From NCBI GenBank assembly GCA_028534125.1, contig CM052850.1:25482001-25546000 (forward strand): a stretch of DNA of 64,000 nucleotides, given 5' to 3'. Shown one piece after another: positions 12,350 through 25,200 of the stretch. The translations under genes were made by a program, and so were the position numbers. This DNA comes from Lama glama. Taxonomy: Eukaryota. Under the pieces are notes generated by a model. It was not told the origin of the DNA. It made no database searches and saw only the letters and a program-made list of their open reading frames with translations. The stretch's first letter is position 1. Each line of letters opens with the position of its first letter.

Positions 12350-12650
12350 CATGGGCTGTGGGGAGGGGGGTAGGAAATGGGTGAAGGTGGTCAAAAGGCA
12401 AAAAGCCCCGGTTTTAAGATGAAGAAGTCCTGGGGGGTCAAATGTATGGCATGGTGACTACAGTTAACAAAACGTATTGTCTGTTTGAAAGTGGCTAAGA
12501 GAGACCTTGAAAGTTCTCATCACAAGAAAAAAATTGCCACTGTGTGAGGTGATGGATGGTGAGTGAAGCTACTGCGGTGACCACTTTGTGATATAAACGA
12601 ATTACATGCCCGAATACACGGTTATCTGTCAGGGAAACCGGGGGGGAAAA
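12350..12650 (+). mobile_element. L1MA-like 3' end
   Basis: ATGGGTGAAGGTGGTCAAAAGG...CATGGTGACTACAGTTAAC...TTGAAAGTGGCTAAGAGAG...AAAGTTCTCATCACAAGAAAAAAA. Confidence 0.8.
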
Positions 12651-12689
12651 GAAGTTGGGAGGGGGATTCCTGGCAGCAGAATAACCATG

Positions 12690-12870
12690 AGCTCGAGGGT
12701 CAGGCTTCCCGAGTTCCCACCTGGGCTCTGCTGCACATCGGCTGGAGGAACTTGGGCAAACCCTGTCCCTCTCTGGGCCTCAGTTCCGCTTTCTATGAAG
12801 TAGGACTAAAGGCACCTACTACAAATGAGCGAATGCATGTAAAGCCCTCAGAACAATCTCCTTCCCCAAA
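12690..12870 (+). mobile_element. MIR fragment
   Basis: ACTTGGGCAAACCCTGTCCCTCTCTGGGCCTCAGTTCCGCTTTCTATGAA...ATGCATGTAAAGCCCTCAGAACA. Confidence 0.65.
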
Positions 12871-14934
12871 AGAACCACTCAGTACACAGCAGCCCCTCGT
12901 AGTAGTGGTGTCTCTAAAAGAGCTGGGAAAATGGATGGAATTTACACCAAAATGTTAACAGCGACCATCTGCAGGTTGGGGGGTCAGATGACCTTTCTCT
13001 TCTTTATAGTTCTCTACTGTTCCTAAACTTTGTGCCATGAACATATACTCTTTACATTGTTAATCTTATGAAGAAGTCCCATTTCACGGATCCCCAAAGT
13101 TGAGAGAAACGTAGCCAGTTTGGCCAGAGCACAGGAGTAGCCTCGTGGCTCTGCCTCCTGTTCCAAACCAAAGAGCAGGTGACTCTCCCACCCGGTTTGC
13201 GACTTCCCTGGGGAAAGGAGGAGTCTCTGCGGCCTCCCTCCTGCCCCTCTGGCTTGCTCTCAGACTGTTTGTGGGGAGAGACAAACTGAATTTTTGGCCT
13301 TGGGAAAGAAAGACTTGGGCTCCTCGCCCAGGGAGAGTTGAGTGGCCTTAAAAAACCTTTAATCAGCAGAAGCAGATTCAGTGTCTTTTACAAACATGCC
13401 GAGCAAAAGCCATCCGTAGGTGTGCTCCTCTCGAAGCTAGCCTATTGTTCCTGTAGACAAATAACACTCAGCAAGCGCGTGTGCAGAACGCCTTCCTGCC
13501 ATGCACACAGACCCTGGGCCCTGAGAGGCAGCCCGCTTGCAGGGTTTAAGAGGCTTGCCTCCCACCCTGGGCGGCACTCTGACAGCTGGTGAAGAATCAC
13601 GCCCACTCGCGTGCACAGAGGGGCTGTGGCCTAGGCTCCAGAAGCAGGGTCCACACCTGCAGCACAGGGACGGGAGCAGCACCTCCTTCTTACATGGTCT
13701 GGGGTCTAAGTGAGACAAGGCGAGCACAGCCCTGCACGGAGCGCCAAACCAGAGAGTTAGCATCCTGGCCTCTCCCACTGGGTTACCCTGTATTATTTCT
13801 CTGTCTCCTTGGAAGCAACCACGGTGGCAGCTAGGAGGCGGAGGGCCGGGCCGGGGGAAACGCGACAGGTCTGTTGGCTCTTGCGATGAGCCTTCGCGCT
13901 GCTCAGCAGCCGTGGTCTTACCCCCTCCGCAGACCCCAGGGGCACGGCCTGCACATGCAGAGTCCTCCTACGTCCCGGCCCTTCTTTTGAACTCATCCTC
14001 TCTCCCAGGAAGAAATGCAGCTGACAGGCCGTCCACGGGCGTGGGAGCCTCCCTGCCTCGGCGGCCGCCCTGCCACATCTGTTCTCAGTCGTGTGGGACG
14101 AGAGTTCGTGCTCTTTTCACAGAGCAAGTACTTCTCCTCCTTCTGGAGACTGGTTTTGGAAATCCATTGTTCGTGGTGTTCCACCATCCACGTTTCCCTG
14201 TCCGCCCGCTTGAAGAGCTGGGACCGCACTTGGCAATCTCGGTCAAGTTCTGTTTCCCAGCAGGTGTGAGCGCATTGCCATCAGGTACTGACTGTGAACT
14301 TGGGCTGGTCTTGAAGATGTTTCATGTGGTTTGGTTCCCGCATCAGCCATTGCCAGACCCTACTAGTCCCGACTGTGGCTGGAGGGACGAGACAGGCAGT
14401 GAGCTCAGGGGGCGGCCCAGCCCGGCCTCAGACCCCGGGTGGCCCGTCAGCCGTAGCTGCCACGCCAAGGTGACGTCCTCAGGCAACCATGCCACCTGCT
14501 GAGCAAGGAGTCTTCTAGCCACAAATGGGCTTTATCTCAGTTGCTCCTGAGGGCTCCTGGCGGTTTCATTTCCTTCATTGGAAAAGCCCCTGTTCTCGTG
14601 GCAGGAAGGGCACATGGCTACCCGCCACAGGCTCTTCAGTTCCCTTCGGAGGCCCAGCAAGTTTTCTGAAGTCCATGTGGTGGAGATGGTGACTGTCTCT
14701 GTCAGTCCCAGTAAAACCCAAAGCCCTGGGCATTTCTGAGTGACGGGAGAAGCAAGGAGAGGCCGTAAGTCTAGCTTGCCCACGGGGGGCTCCACTAAGT
14801 TGAAAAAAAGAAGAGAGTTTGCTCATGTTTCAGGATCCGGGCTTGTGACGGGCCACTGGGAAGGGTACGCCTTCTGCAGACCTGGCCTTGTCGGTGGGCC
14901 CAGGAAGCAGGCCTTGCTCGTTGCTCAGGCCTCC

Positions 14935-15335
14935 TGTCAGCAGATAGATGGATAAATCCATGTGGCCTCTCTGCACAGGGGACCACCATTCAGCCATAAA
15001 AAAGAGTGAGGCACTGACATGCACCACAACGTAGATTAACCAGAAAAACCCTCTGCTCCGGGGAGGAGCTGACGCGCGCTGCTGTGTGGTTTCATCTGTA
15101 AGAAACGTCCAGAAAAGGTAAATCTGGGGAGGCAGAAAGTCCGTTAGTGGTTGCTGGGGGCTGGGGCAGGGTGGGGAGTGACAGTAGAGAGACTGGGTTT
15201 CTCTCTGGAGCGATGAAATGCTTTGGAACCAACAGCGGTGAAGGTTGCACGGAATGCCATGGAATGGTCCACTTTAAAGTGGCTAATGGCTAATTTTATA
15301 TTATGTGAATTTTTACCAAAAAAAAAATTAAAAAA
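14935..15335 (+). mobile_element. L1MB-like 3' end with A-rich tail
   Basis: GATGGATAAA...CATTCAGCCATAAAAAAGAGTGAGG...GTCCAGAAAAGGTAAATC...TTAGTGGTTGC...CACTTTAAA...ATTATGTGAATTTTTACC(A)n. Confidence 0.8.
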
Positions 15336-18300
15336 CCAGGCAGGCCTACAGTCAGAGGCCCTGGGTTCAAATCCCACCTCTGCCACTGTGGTTGATGGGC
15401 TGGGAGGAGGGAGGCCACTCAGCTTCCAGAGACTCAGTTTCCCCTTCCAGGAAGTGGGACACCAAGCCCGGTCTCTGGGCGGTGGGAGGGGCCAGCGGCG
15501 AAGCCCCCCTTCCCCGTAGTGGGACCAGTGGGTGCCGGGCCGCCACCCTCCGCCCTCCACTTCCTTTCCCAGAGGAGGATGAGCTGGAAGGTGCGTCAGA
15601 GGAGACGTGGAGAGGATGGTGGTCTCAGTGCTGCACTTGCCACTATCTCATGGTGAGCGGTGGTCACCGTCCCCACGTGGTCACTGTCTGGGCATGGTCT
15701 CGGGGCAGGAATGTCTGGGTCACGCAGCCGACGAGCCCCTGGAATGAGTTCATTTTGCTTTCTTCTCTGTGCCCCCCAGCCCCCAGCTCACCCATAGTGA
15801 CAGCAGACCCCCTAGAGCTCCCAACCAGCACCCACCCTCCTCTGAGAACAGACCCCCTATCCCCTTTCCCCCAAGACCTGGGCCAGGTGATGTTAACAGC
15901 CCTGTCAGTTTCCGGCCACAGAAATTGCCCCTTGGCACTGACCACCCACACCAGCGGGACAGGACTCAGGGTTCTCCTGGCCTTTTCTCCAGAGGCCTGG
16001 AGTGACCAGCCAGAGGACCAGCCACCGAGGGCTCCGTTCTGGGGGCATTCCACAGGAGCCCCAGAGCAGCCTGGGCTCCCCCACAGCCCACGGGGCTGCC
16101 CTGCCCGCCAAGGGTCTGACCATCTTCCTCCACTCACCATTTTGCCCTTTACAGGTTCCAGAAATGAGTGGGAAATACACGAAAAGCGCAGCTCTCACAG
16201 CTGAAAACGCCCACAGAGCCCGGAGCAGGGCTGCGAGGCCTTCAGCTGCGAGGTCTGCCTGTCTGCCCGAGGCTGTCCCTGCCCCCAGCCTTCCAGGCCA
16301 GCTGAGGACAACTCTGTCCCCCGAGAGGCGGCACCAGAGGCCTCAGCTTTACCCTCGATGCCTTCTCTCAGCCCCGGCCGGGAGGGCTGGGAGTCACCCT
16401 GCAGACGTCTCTGCAGCCAGCACTTGCCAGCCCAGCTGCCAGCGCGGTTCTGCCCGGCATGGTTTGCCCATTGCCCCGTGTCTCCCCTCTCCGAGAACCT
16501 GAGATGTGCTGTGGCTGTCCCCACTCCTTCGGGCAAAGCCCCAACCTGTATGTGGCCCCCAAGCCCACTCTGGATGCAGTCCCCTCTGATCAGATCTCTG
16601 AGCTCCTCTCCTGCCGCTTTGCCCTGTGCTCGCTTTATCCTGGCCCCGCCAGTCCCTCTGCTGCTCCTGAACTTTCCAGAACCATCCCCGGTACCTTCAC
16701 GCCTCGCCCCTCACCTCCTGTAGGCCCACTCTGAGCCGGCACCTGGCCTCTGCCCTCATTTTGCTTTCCCCGGGGTCCTAGTCACCTCCAGCGTGTCCCG
16801 CACTTGCTTGTTCCGTCTGCCGCGCCTGGACCGTCTCTCCTGCTGAGGCAAGCGCCCCGGGACGTGGGGGGGGGTCCCAGGCTGCTTGTTGTCTGGGTCA
16901 CTGATGCTCCGCAATTGCCTCACACCCTCACTGGCACACACTGGCAGGCGGTGTTCGATCAACTGTGATGTTCAGTTGGGGTGAAGCTGTGTGTTTCATT
17001 AAGGAATGACGAAACAAATCAAAGAATGTGCAAAGCGCATCCATGCGCAAAGCCTGAATGTCACGCCTCTTTTTGGAGTCTGCACCTTTGATTTGCATTT
17101 ATGTGTTCAGGGACCCAGAACAGCTGTAGGATGGCCTCCTCTGGATTTCCAGAATTCAGTAAAAAGGATCAGAAGATTTCACTTTGCTTATAAATAAATC
17201 CCCTATTTCAATGTCACGAAAGAAAAACGAAACTCCCAAAGTGACACAGGAAATACTGACAGAATAATCTTGACACTGAAAAAATACACTGTCTTTATCT
17301 TCAGTGTTGCAGTTGGTGAGCGTATCTTAAGGATGGCGGAAACACAAGATTGTTCTTCCCTGTTGACGTACATTTTAGCATTTCCATGCACGTGGGAGCC
17401 AACCCAGCCTGTGTGTGTGGGGAAACCTGGGGACGAACGGACTCTCAGGTCGGACTTGTGCCCACTGGCCCTGGACCACGAGGAGCGCTCGGCCTGCATC
17501 CCCCACCCCATGTTCAGCGGTATCCGGGCCCACAGCTCTTGTCGTTCTGTAGACACTCTGTTGTGCAGAGCCGCTCACATGGGCTCCTATGTCCTTCCTC
17601 TCAGCTTCCGGCGCAGAGGCCCAGGGGAGAACGCCGCACACCCCAGGGTAGGGGCGGGGGTCAGAGCTGTGAAGGCAGATCTTGGGAGCTGAGAGTTCAG
17701 GTCTGTACCTCAGAAGCGTCCCGGTAACCTTGTTCACTAATGTGCATAGTCCTGCTGTCGCGAGGGCTGCACACAGTGCCCGCTCTCCGCCTTCTCTGCA
17801 CTGAGCCGTGCCCCATCCGCACCGGCCCCGCGCCTGCTCCACTCTGCTTCCTTTCTCTGGACTTCCCAAATTATGAGCATCAGATCCAAGACCAGAGGTG
17901 AGTATTTGACTATGTCACCTGAGGCATCTAACCCTTGGCCTTGCTTCCATCTGCGTGCTGATACGTCACGGTCACGCGCCTTGGAAGAACACGACGCCCG
18001 AGGTCTCCGCATCCTGTGGGCGACGTGTGAGCACGTGAGAATGCACATCGGCAGGCGGTGCGCAGCACCCAGGGCGGGGTGACTGCTGGCTTACAGGAGG
18101 AACGTGTTGCAGAAGAGGAGGCTTTGGGCTGAGCCTGAAAGAAGTCCAGGAGCACAGCAGCGGGGGGGGGGGCATTTGAGGGAGGGGGAACAGCACGTCA
18201 AGGTGCCGAGGCAGAGCACGCACCACTGACGGGGCAGCCAGCAGCACCCGGCTGTAGGAGCGGGGGCACCGCTGTCAGTTTCTGCTAAACGGGTATTTAC

Positions 18301-21300
18301 TCAGTGCCGTGAGCAAGCGAGCAGGTGAGGATACACCCTCCTGGCCGCACGGCAGGGAGGCTGTGCTCTGGGTCAGGCTGCGGAGGAGGGGGACAATGGG
18401 CGATGCAACCCAAGCAACAAGGGCCCTGCGTGCAGAGGCCGACGTGAAGGGAGCGTGGGGGTCCAGGTCACGCAGGAAGAGGCACATGCTTAACTCCAAG
18501 GGTAATGGGAGCCTAGGCTTTACACAGGGAAGCAGAACGGTCCTGCTGACACCCCCCAAATCTCTGCACCGTCGAGAGAAGAATGGATCAGGTGGAGATG
18601 GGGCGCCGCTGGAAGGAAAGCACGAAACCAGAGGGCTGGAGGTACAATTCAGGCTGGAGATGTGGCAGCCTGGGGGCTGTGGAAATGCAGAGAATGGAGA
18701 ACAGGAGTGGGGGTGGGACACCTGGCAGGGAGGGGTGTCACCCACAGGACCCACTGATGCCTGGAATGCAGGAATAAGGGGCAGGGAGCTCCGGGCGGCT
18801 CCCCGAGGCTGGCCTTAGTGCGTGGACCGAGGCCTTTCCCGAGGCCAGACAGGCCCTGCAGATGAGGCACCCCGTTGTCGCCGGGGCACAGCTGTTCACC
18901 AGGCGCAGTCTGGGGGATCCAGGAGAGGAGGAGCAGGTGGCAGGCAGGTGAGAGAGTGGGGTGACCAGGGCCCCCGGGGACGGCCGTCGGGGGGGCCAGG
19001 GTGGGAAGGGCCCGGATCCCTGTTTGGCACAGGATGGACGAGGGTGGTGGGCGGGGCACACACTTGGACTTTCACAAAAACAGAAAATAACATAAAAGCA
19101 AAGGGAATAAGCTTTGAAGTTGATTGTTCGGGCCAGGAGTCCTACAAAACAATCCACAGCCACCGTCACATCACAGGACGCACCCCGCGGACCCACAGAC
19201 CTCGCCCCCGGGGTCTGGCCGCCACTCAGGACAGGGAGCGGCCCTGCTCGTGTCTGTTTTCTGTTCCGTGGCTTTGAGAGCCACGTCTTTCCTCTCCGTG
19301 TGTTTATGGTTTCTCTGTGTCCAGGCTTGGTGTGGTTCCCAGGAGACGCACAGCGTCCCAGGGCTCACGCCAGATTTTAAAAATAACCTACAAAGCAGAA
19401 CATCCACCAGGAGACGAAGACTGCGGGGCACACGGAGGAAAGCCCTCCGTCGCTGTGAAAGCGGAGGTGAAGGCATCCCCTGCTCTTGGGGTTCTGGCTG
19501 GGACGCACTCTCTCCGTGCGGTGGGGGGAGCTGGGCTCAGGGCCCCACGGTCCTCTCTCCTCCTTGAAGGCCCCTGTCATGGCCTTTGTCTGTTCCCAAG
19601 GCCCTGTGCAAGCAGGCAGCTGCCACGTGGCTGCTCTCTCTCCCCACAAGCCCTGACTGGGAGCCCCCCTCCGGTCACTGGCCTGCCTTCCACATCTGAG
19701 AACAGCAGCCTCACAGGCTGCAGGGCGTCTGAGCAGGTGCCTTGTTGGGCGGCGTTTCCATCAAAATGTAACTGCAGGTCATTATTCAACTTCTCACGAA
19801 AGTGTGACGTTCAGGACTTGGTCGTTTTGCCTTGAGCTACCTCTTTCCCTTAATTTAATAGCACACATCAGGGAGGCAGGAGCCAAGGCGGTGGGGCCCT
19901 GGGAGGACGGCCCGTAACCTGGAAATGGGTGCTCTGGGCTCTGCCTCTTCCGGGGCAGTGTCTCCACCTTTCCTGGGAGCCTGGTTTCCATGTTACTACC
20001 TGGGGGTGAGGGCACAGACCTTTCATAGAACTTGTTATGACAAATGTAAGTGGAACAGCTGTGGCCTCCATCCCAGCCACACCGTCCAGTCGCCTGGGGA
20101 GATTTTAAAACCCTGACCCTCAGCTCCAGGGGCCAGGGCTGGGCCCCCACGTGCTTCAGACACACAGTGGGGCTGAGGGCTGCTGAACGTCTGTGGGAGT
20201 GCTGAGCCCAGGGCCCGGCGGGGGAGCCTGTCCCCCGTGTCACTGGTGGTGGTGGCAGCCCTTCGTTGGGTAAACTCCTCTCAATTAGCCATTGCAACAG
20301 GGCGGGGACGTCAGCTCAGAAGCTCCACAGAAATGTGTCTTTCTTGATCTTTTCCTTTTCCAACATCTATTTTGACTCCTTGAAGCCGGTCTGCTTTTAC
20401 CGACATCATCACTAAACCTGATCCTTTTTTAAAAAGAGCCAAACCATGTTTATTTTACACCGAATTTGTTGAGGACGAATGACCTGTGTCCTGCCTCACT
20501 AAACGGAGTCCACTTTCCTTGGTGGTGCCAGTGACCTGGGGGCAGGGACTCCGCAAGGCCCTCGGGGCTGACGAAGGGCCTGCCCCGAGTGAGCCGCGGT
20601 CCCTGACGGGTCTTCCCGCCGCGCCCTGGACAGAGCGCCCAGCCCTCCCAGCCCCGCCCTGCTCCCTGGAAGCACGTGAGCGGGACCCCAGGCGGCCTCG
20701 TGTCTGTGTGCAGAGCTCAGGAACCTCTGCTTTCAAGGGGCAGAAGAGCGTCTCTCTAAACGTCATGCGCGTCACACCGCGTGCGCCCGGGGCTCTCACA
20801 GACGCACCAACCCACGCACGCTGGGCCAGGACGGAGAGGCGGTGTCCAACGTGACGGCCACCAGCCTGTCGCATGCAACCTTCCAACTTACTCAGCTGGA
20901 AGTGTGTACAGGTGAAATTCTGTGCCTCCATCTCACTGACCATGTTTCAAGCGCCCAGTGGCTGTGTGTGCCCAAGGGCTGTCTTGCAGGGCAGCTCCGG
21001 AACATTCCATGTCACAGGAAACGTCCACACCCTGACCCCAGGACCTGTAGACGCGTGACCTTAGATGGCCAGGGCACTTGCAGGTGTCGTGGCGTTAAGA
21101 ATCGTGAGAAAGGAGAGGGCCTGGCGGATCCGCTGGGCCCCGAGTCGTCACGGGTCCTCATGAGGCAGGAGCTTCCCAGCGTGGCCTTTCTTCACAGTGG
21201 CCGCAGGAAACTCTCCTTATGGGCTAAAAACCCCCTCACCTGACACTCAGGAACGGCTACATTTCCCCAAAAGACAAGAAATCCTTTGGCGTCCAAAGCA

Positions 21301-21889
21301 GACTCTGAAAGATCTCCCTCGCCGCTGGACACCATCGGTCTGTGGTGGCTGCGGCCGTCCACCCGGCCTGTGCTCTGCACCCAGCCAGACCGCCATGCCC
21401 CAGCCGCCACCAAAGCCCCCATGCTCTTGTCTTGTGGCGAAGCAGAAATGACGCCGTGTCCCGCGTGCGCCTGTCGCGCTGCCTTGGACCGAGCGTTGTT
21501 CGGCACCCGCGCTGGGGAGCGGCCGCACCTTCTCAGAAGCAGGTGTGTGAGGAAGCTTGGCGCGCCGGTCTCTGTAGCAGGCGCCGGAACCCCGAGCGGC
21601 CCAAAGCCAGACTGTAAACTGTTGATTCCCTAGGAAGCTCTGTGATTGGAGAGGAAAAGGCAAACCTCTGCCAAAATGAACCACACCCAGAACACGGTCC
21701 CTTTGATTTGAGGTGTTACTTGCAGACTGTCAGTCTCCTTATCGCCCCAGGTGAAGCGGCGCTTATCCCGTCCCTGGGGGGCCGGCGGCGTTTGCTTCGT
21801 TTCTGGGCTGTTTTTCGCTGTTTATGTGACAGGCAGGTAACGGTGGAAGATAACGCGGGGAGGTGGCTTGTAGAGCCGCACCCCTGCCC

Positions 21890-22302
21890 CAGGGAGTCGT
21901 TTCAAGGCCACAAAAATAAAAACACTGTTATCACTTGGGCTATTATTCAACCTGACAAAGGGAGGAAATCCTGACACCTGATACCACGTGGACGAACCTT
22001 GAGGACTCAGCGAAATTAGCTGGAGAAAGAGACATAGTGTGCGGTTGCACTCACATGAGGTCCCTAGAGCAGCCACTACTCAGAGACAGAAAGTAGGACG
22101 GTGGGCGCGGGGGCCGGGGGCCGGGGGCCGGAGAGTGCGCGTGTCGGGGGGACAGAGCCCCAGTTTTGCAAGATGGGAAGAGCCGTGGGGTGGGTGGTGG
22201 TGACGGCGGCAGAGCACTGTGAATGCACCTAATACCACGGAGCTGTACACTGTAGGTGGGTGGTGCTTCTGTGTTACGTGTGTTTTACCACAATTAAAAA
22301 AA
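21890..22302 (+). mobile_element. L1MB-like 3' end
   Basis: TATTATTCAACC...GGAAATCCTGACAC...GACGAACCTTGAGGAC...CAGAGACAGAAAGTAG...CAGTTTTGCAAGATG...GTTTTACCACAATTAAAAAAA. Confidence 0.75.
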
Positions 22303-22379
22303 CCCACAGTGAGAAACCATCACACCCCCTCCAGGATGACCACAATTAAGTGGTGGCCTGTCCTGAGCAATCACTTTGG

Positions 22380-22900
22380 AAAACTCCTTGGCTTTGAGGA
22401 TGGAGGAAGGGGACACAAGCCAAGGGACACACGTGCCTCTAGACGCTAGAAAAGGCCAGGAGCCTCCAGAGGGGCCCAGCTGTGCCTGCACCTTGAATGT
22501 GGGCTTCTGGCCTCCAGAACCGTGAGAAAGGTCTGTTGCTTGTAAGCGCCCCACCTCCACTGCTGCCTTGTGGCTGCTGGGGCTGAGCCGCATGCCCCTC
22601 AAGTTCACACGCTGAAGCTGCAACGTGGTTGTATTTGGAGATGGGACTTCAGGAGGGAATTACGGCTAAATGAGGTCACGGTCCGATAGGGTCAGTGGCC
22701 TTTTAAGGAGAAGAGAGGGAGCTCTCTCAGTGTGCGTGTCCCTAGGAAAGGCCACATGGACAGAGCAAGAAGCCAAAAGAGCCCCCTCCAAGAACCAGGC
22801 CATGCTGGCACCTTGATCTGGGACCTCCAGTGTCAGAACTGTGGGAAGGAAAATACATTCCTGCTGAATTTGAAGCCCACCCCAGCCCCGTTTCGGCAGC
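22380..22900 (+). mobile_element. Two adjacent MaLR (MLT1) LTR fragments
   Basis: GGCTTTGAGGATGGAGGAAGGGGACACAAGCCAAGG...CTTCTGGCCTCCAGAAC, then GTATTTGGAGATGGG...AAATGAGGTCA...CATGCTGGCACCTTGATCTGGGACCTCCAG. Confidence 0.78.
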
Positions 22901-23302
22901 TCCAGGCACTGGTGCAGCCCGGAACTCAGAACTGGGAAGGAAGGATGTTAGTCTCAGCCTCTGTGTTGCCTGGAAACCATGGGGCGACCATGTGTGTGGA
23001 GAAACAGGGCGCCCATCTGGAGAGAGGAAACCACGGGCCTGAGAGAGGGCTGGGCGGACGGCCTCAGTCGGCAGGGCTCGCTCGGGCCCTGAGACCCTCC
23101 GTGCCCCACGTGTCCGCTCCCGGCTGTGCTCAAGCCTCTGTGAACTGACCCTTTTCCTTGCAGCTGAGAAGTGCCTGGACCAAAATCAAGACCTCTTTCT
23201 CTCTTTCTAACGTCAGAGATTACATTTGATCAGACTGTGAAGTTTGGGCAACCGGCCTTTCTCTTTCTAAAGTCAGTTCTCCCATTAGCTCAGACACGGG
23301 AT

Positions 23303-23446
23303 TTAGGATCCTGCGCCGTCCTCAGTGGCCTGGAAGGACGAGCGGACCGTGCGGTTCATCAGGGGTTGAAGGGGGCGGTAGTTGTTCGCCATTGTCTTCT
23401 CTTCTTCACCAAGTGCAGTGACCAGGAGTGTGCGCAAGGCATCCAG
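23303..23446 (-). CDS. CA5A: CA5A exon 7 coding part (144 nt including TAA)
   Basis: [47 protein letters not shown], with the NNYRPLQP motif. The seven exons sum to 933 nt = 310 aa + stop. Confidence 0.96.
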   Translation of the reverse strand: MDALRTLLVTALGEEEKTMANNYRPLQPLMNRTVRSSFQATEDGAGS

Positions 23447-24175
23447 CTGGAACGGAGGGTGAGCAGGGTGAGCTGGGTGCAGGTGCAGAGTGGGCCAGCG
23501 CCCGTACCCCTGTGTCTCGTGCCGTCCCCTCCACACTGAATCAAGGACCTATAGGACCACAGCGACGCGGCGGAGGTGATGCCTCCGGTGGGTCAGAAAA
23601 GGCTCTGCCGCTTCCTTCTTGGTTTCCTTCATGCCCTGCTCTGGGGAGCCCACCGCCATGCTGTGAGGATGGAGAGGCCCATGCGGAAGGGAAAGGGCCT
23701 CCAGCCAACAGCCAGCACAGCTCGCCAGCCGCTTGAGTGAGCCGCGTCGGGGATGAGTCTCCCAGCCCCGGGGACATCTGACAGCAGCTCCGTGAGCCAG
23801 CCCCCGCCAGCCCCAGCCAGGCTCTGCCCCACGGCAACCCTCACACCCACGTGCGCCTACTGAGATCCCAATACGGCAGGGACTGTGTCCCAGCTCTAAG
23901 GCCACTTCTGCTCTTTGAAAGGGGTTTTACCCCAACATGGACTGAAGAGCTGGCACTCGCCTTGTCCGGCCATTCATCATCGGGAGACTTGCCACGCCTG
24001 GGTCCTGACCACTGAGATTAGACAGTGCTAAATATAACTGTCCCCCCAGGTCCCCCCCCTCAGCCCTCCTTCCCTCCCTGTGTTTCTCCCAGTCTCTCCC
24101 TGTCTCCCTCTCGCACACCAATATTGCAGGGTCAGAAGGAGCTGTGCTCGGTCACCGGGTACAGGCGCAGCTCAC

Positions 24176-24331
24176 CTGGTCCTGAGCCACCTCAATGGGC
24201 TTCCTGTGGACCATCCAGGTGACCGACTCGGAGAGCGGAGGCGTGGTGAGGGAGCCCAGGTACGTCCAGTAGTCCCGGCAGGCGGGCAGCAGGCGGGAGG
24301 GCTGGAAGGGGCCCACGGCCACCCGTGCGTC
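24176..24331 (-). CDS. CA5A: CA5A exon 6 (156 nt)
   Basis: [52 protein letters not shown], with the GSLTTPP gatekeeper motif. Acceptor TCCCAG, donor GTGAGC. Confidence 0.97.
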
Positions 24332-24574
24332 CTGGGAGAGAAGACCGCGTCAGCGCTCAGGAGGCGGCATTGCACTCGCTTTTATCTCAGGGAGGCAGCC
24401 TGGAGGGACGCGTGTCCCTGAGACAAGGGCTGTGGCCGTGGTTGCCGCATTTGGAAACTGTAATAAGAAAATGTGAGCCTTCCTTGCAGAGCAGCGATGC
24501 CCACCACAGCCTCGTGGTTTTCTTTTAAAGTGACTCACTTCATGTGCTTTGGCTGTGAAGATACCACACTTTTA

Positions 24575-25200
24575 AAGGCCGAGATGTAATAACATACACA
24601 ATACAAAACTGACAGTTTTAACCCATTTTAAGTGCGCGGTTCAGTGGCGTTAAGCACGTTCACGTTATTGTGCAACCATCGTCTCCATAACTTTTTCGAC
24701 ACTTCAGACGGAAACTCTGTCCCCATGAACTACCCACCCCTCCCCCGCACCCGGCCCCCAGCACCCACCCTTCTCCTTCCTGTCTCTACGAATGTGCTGT
24801 TCTAGGGACCTCATGGAAGTGGCATAATACAGGGTTTGTCCTCTAGTGGCTGACGTCTCACTCAGCAGCACGTCCTCAAGGTGCACCTGTGCATAGCCTG
24901 CGTCAGCATCGCCTCCCTTCTTAAGGCGGAATCACATTCCGCTGTGCGGATGGGCCACGCTCTGTCTGGCCATCACCCGTCAGCGGACACCGGGGATGAT
25001 TCCACCTCTGGGGAGTTGTGAGTCACGTTGCCACGAACACGGGTGTGTAAATCTCCACAAGACCCTGCCGTTGGTGACTCTGGGGACATACGCGGAGGCA
25101 GAAGTGCTGGATCCCACGGTGATTCTATGCTTATCGTCCCCAGCGCGAGGGCTGTGGAAATGACACATGTGCAGGATGTCCCGTGTGGGCCGGACTCCTT
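24575..25200 (-). mobile_element. L1MB-like 3' end, antisense
   Basis: TTTTAAGTGCGCGGTTCAGTGGCGTTAAGCACGTTCACGTTATTGTGCAACCATC...CTAGGGACCTCATGGAAGTGGCATAATACAG. Confidence 0.8.
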
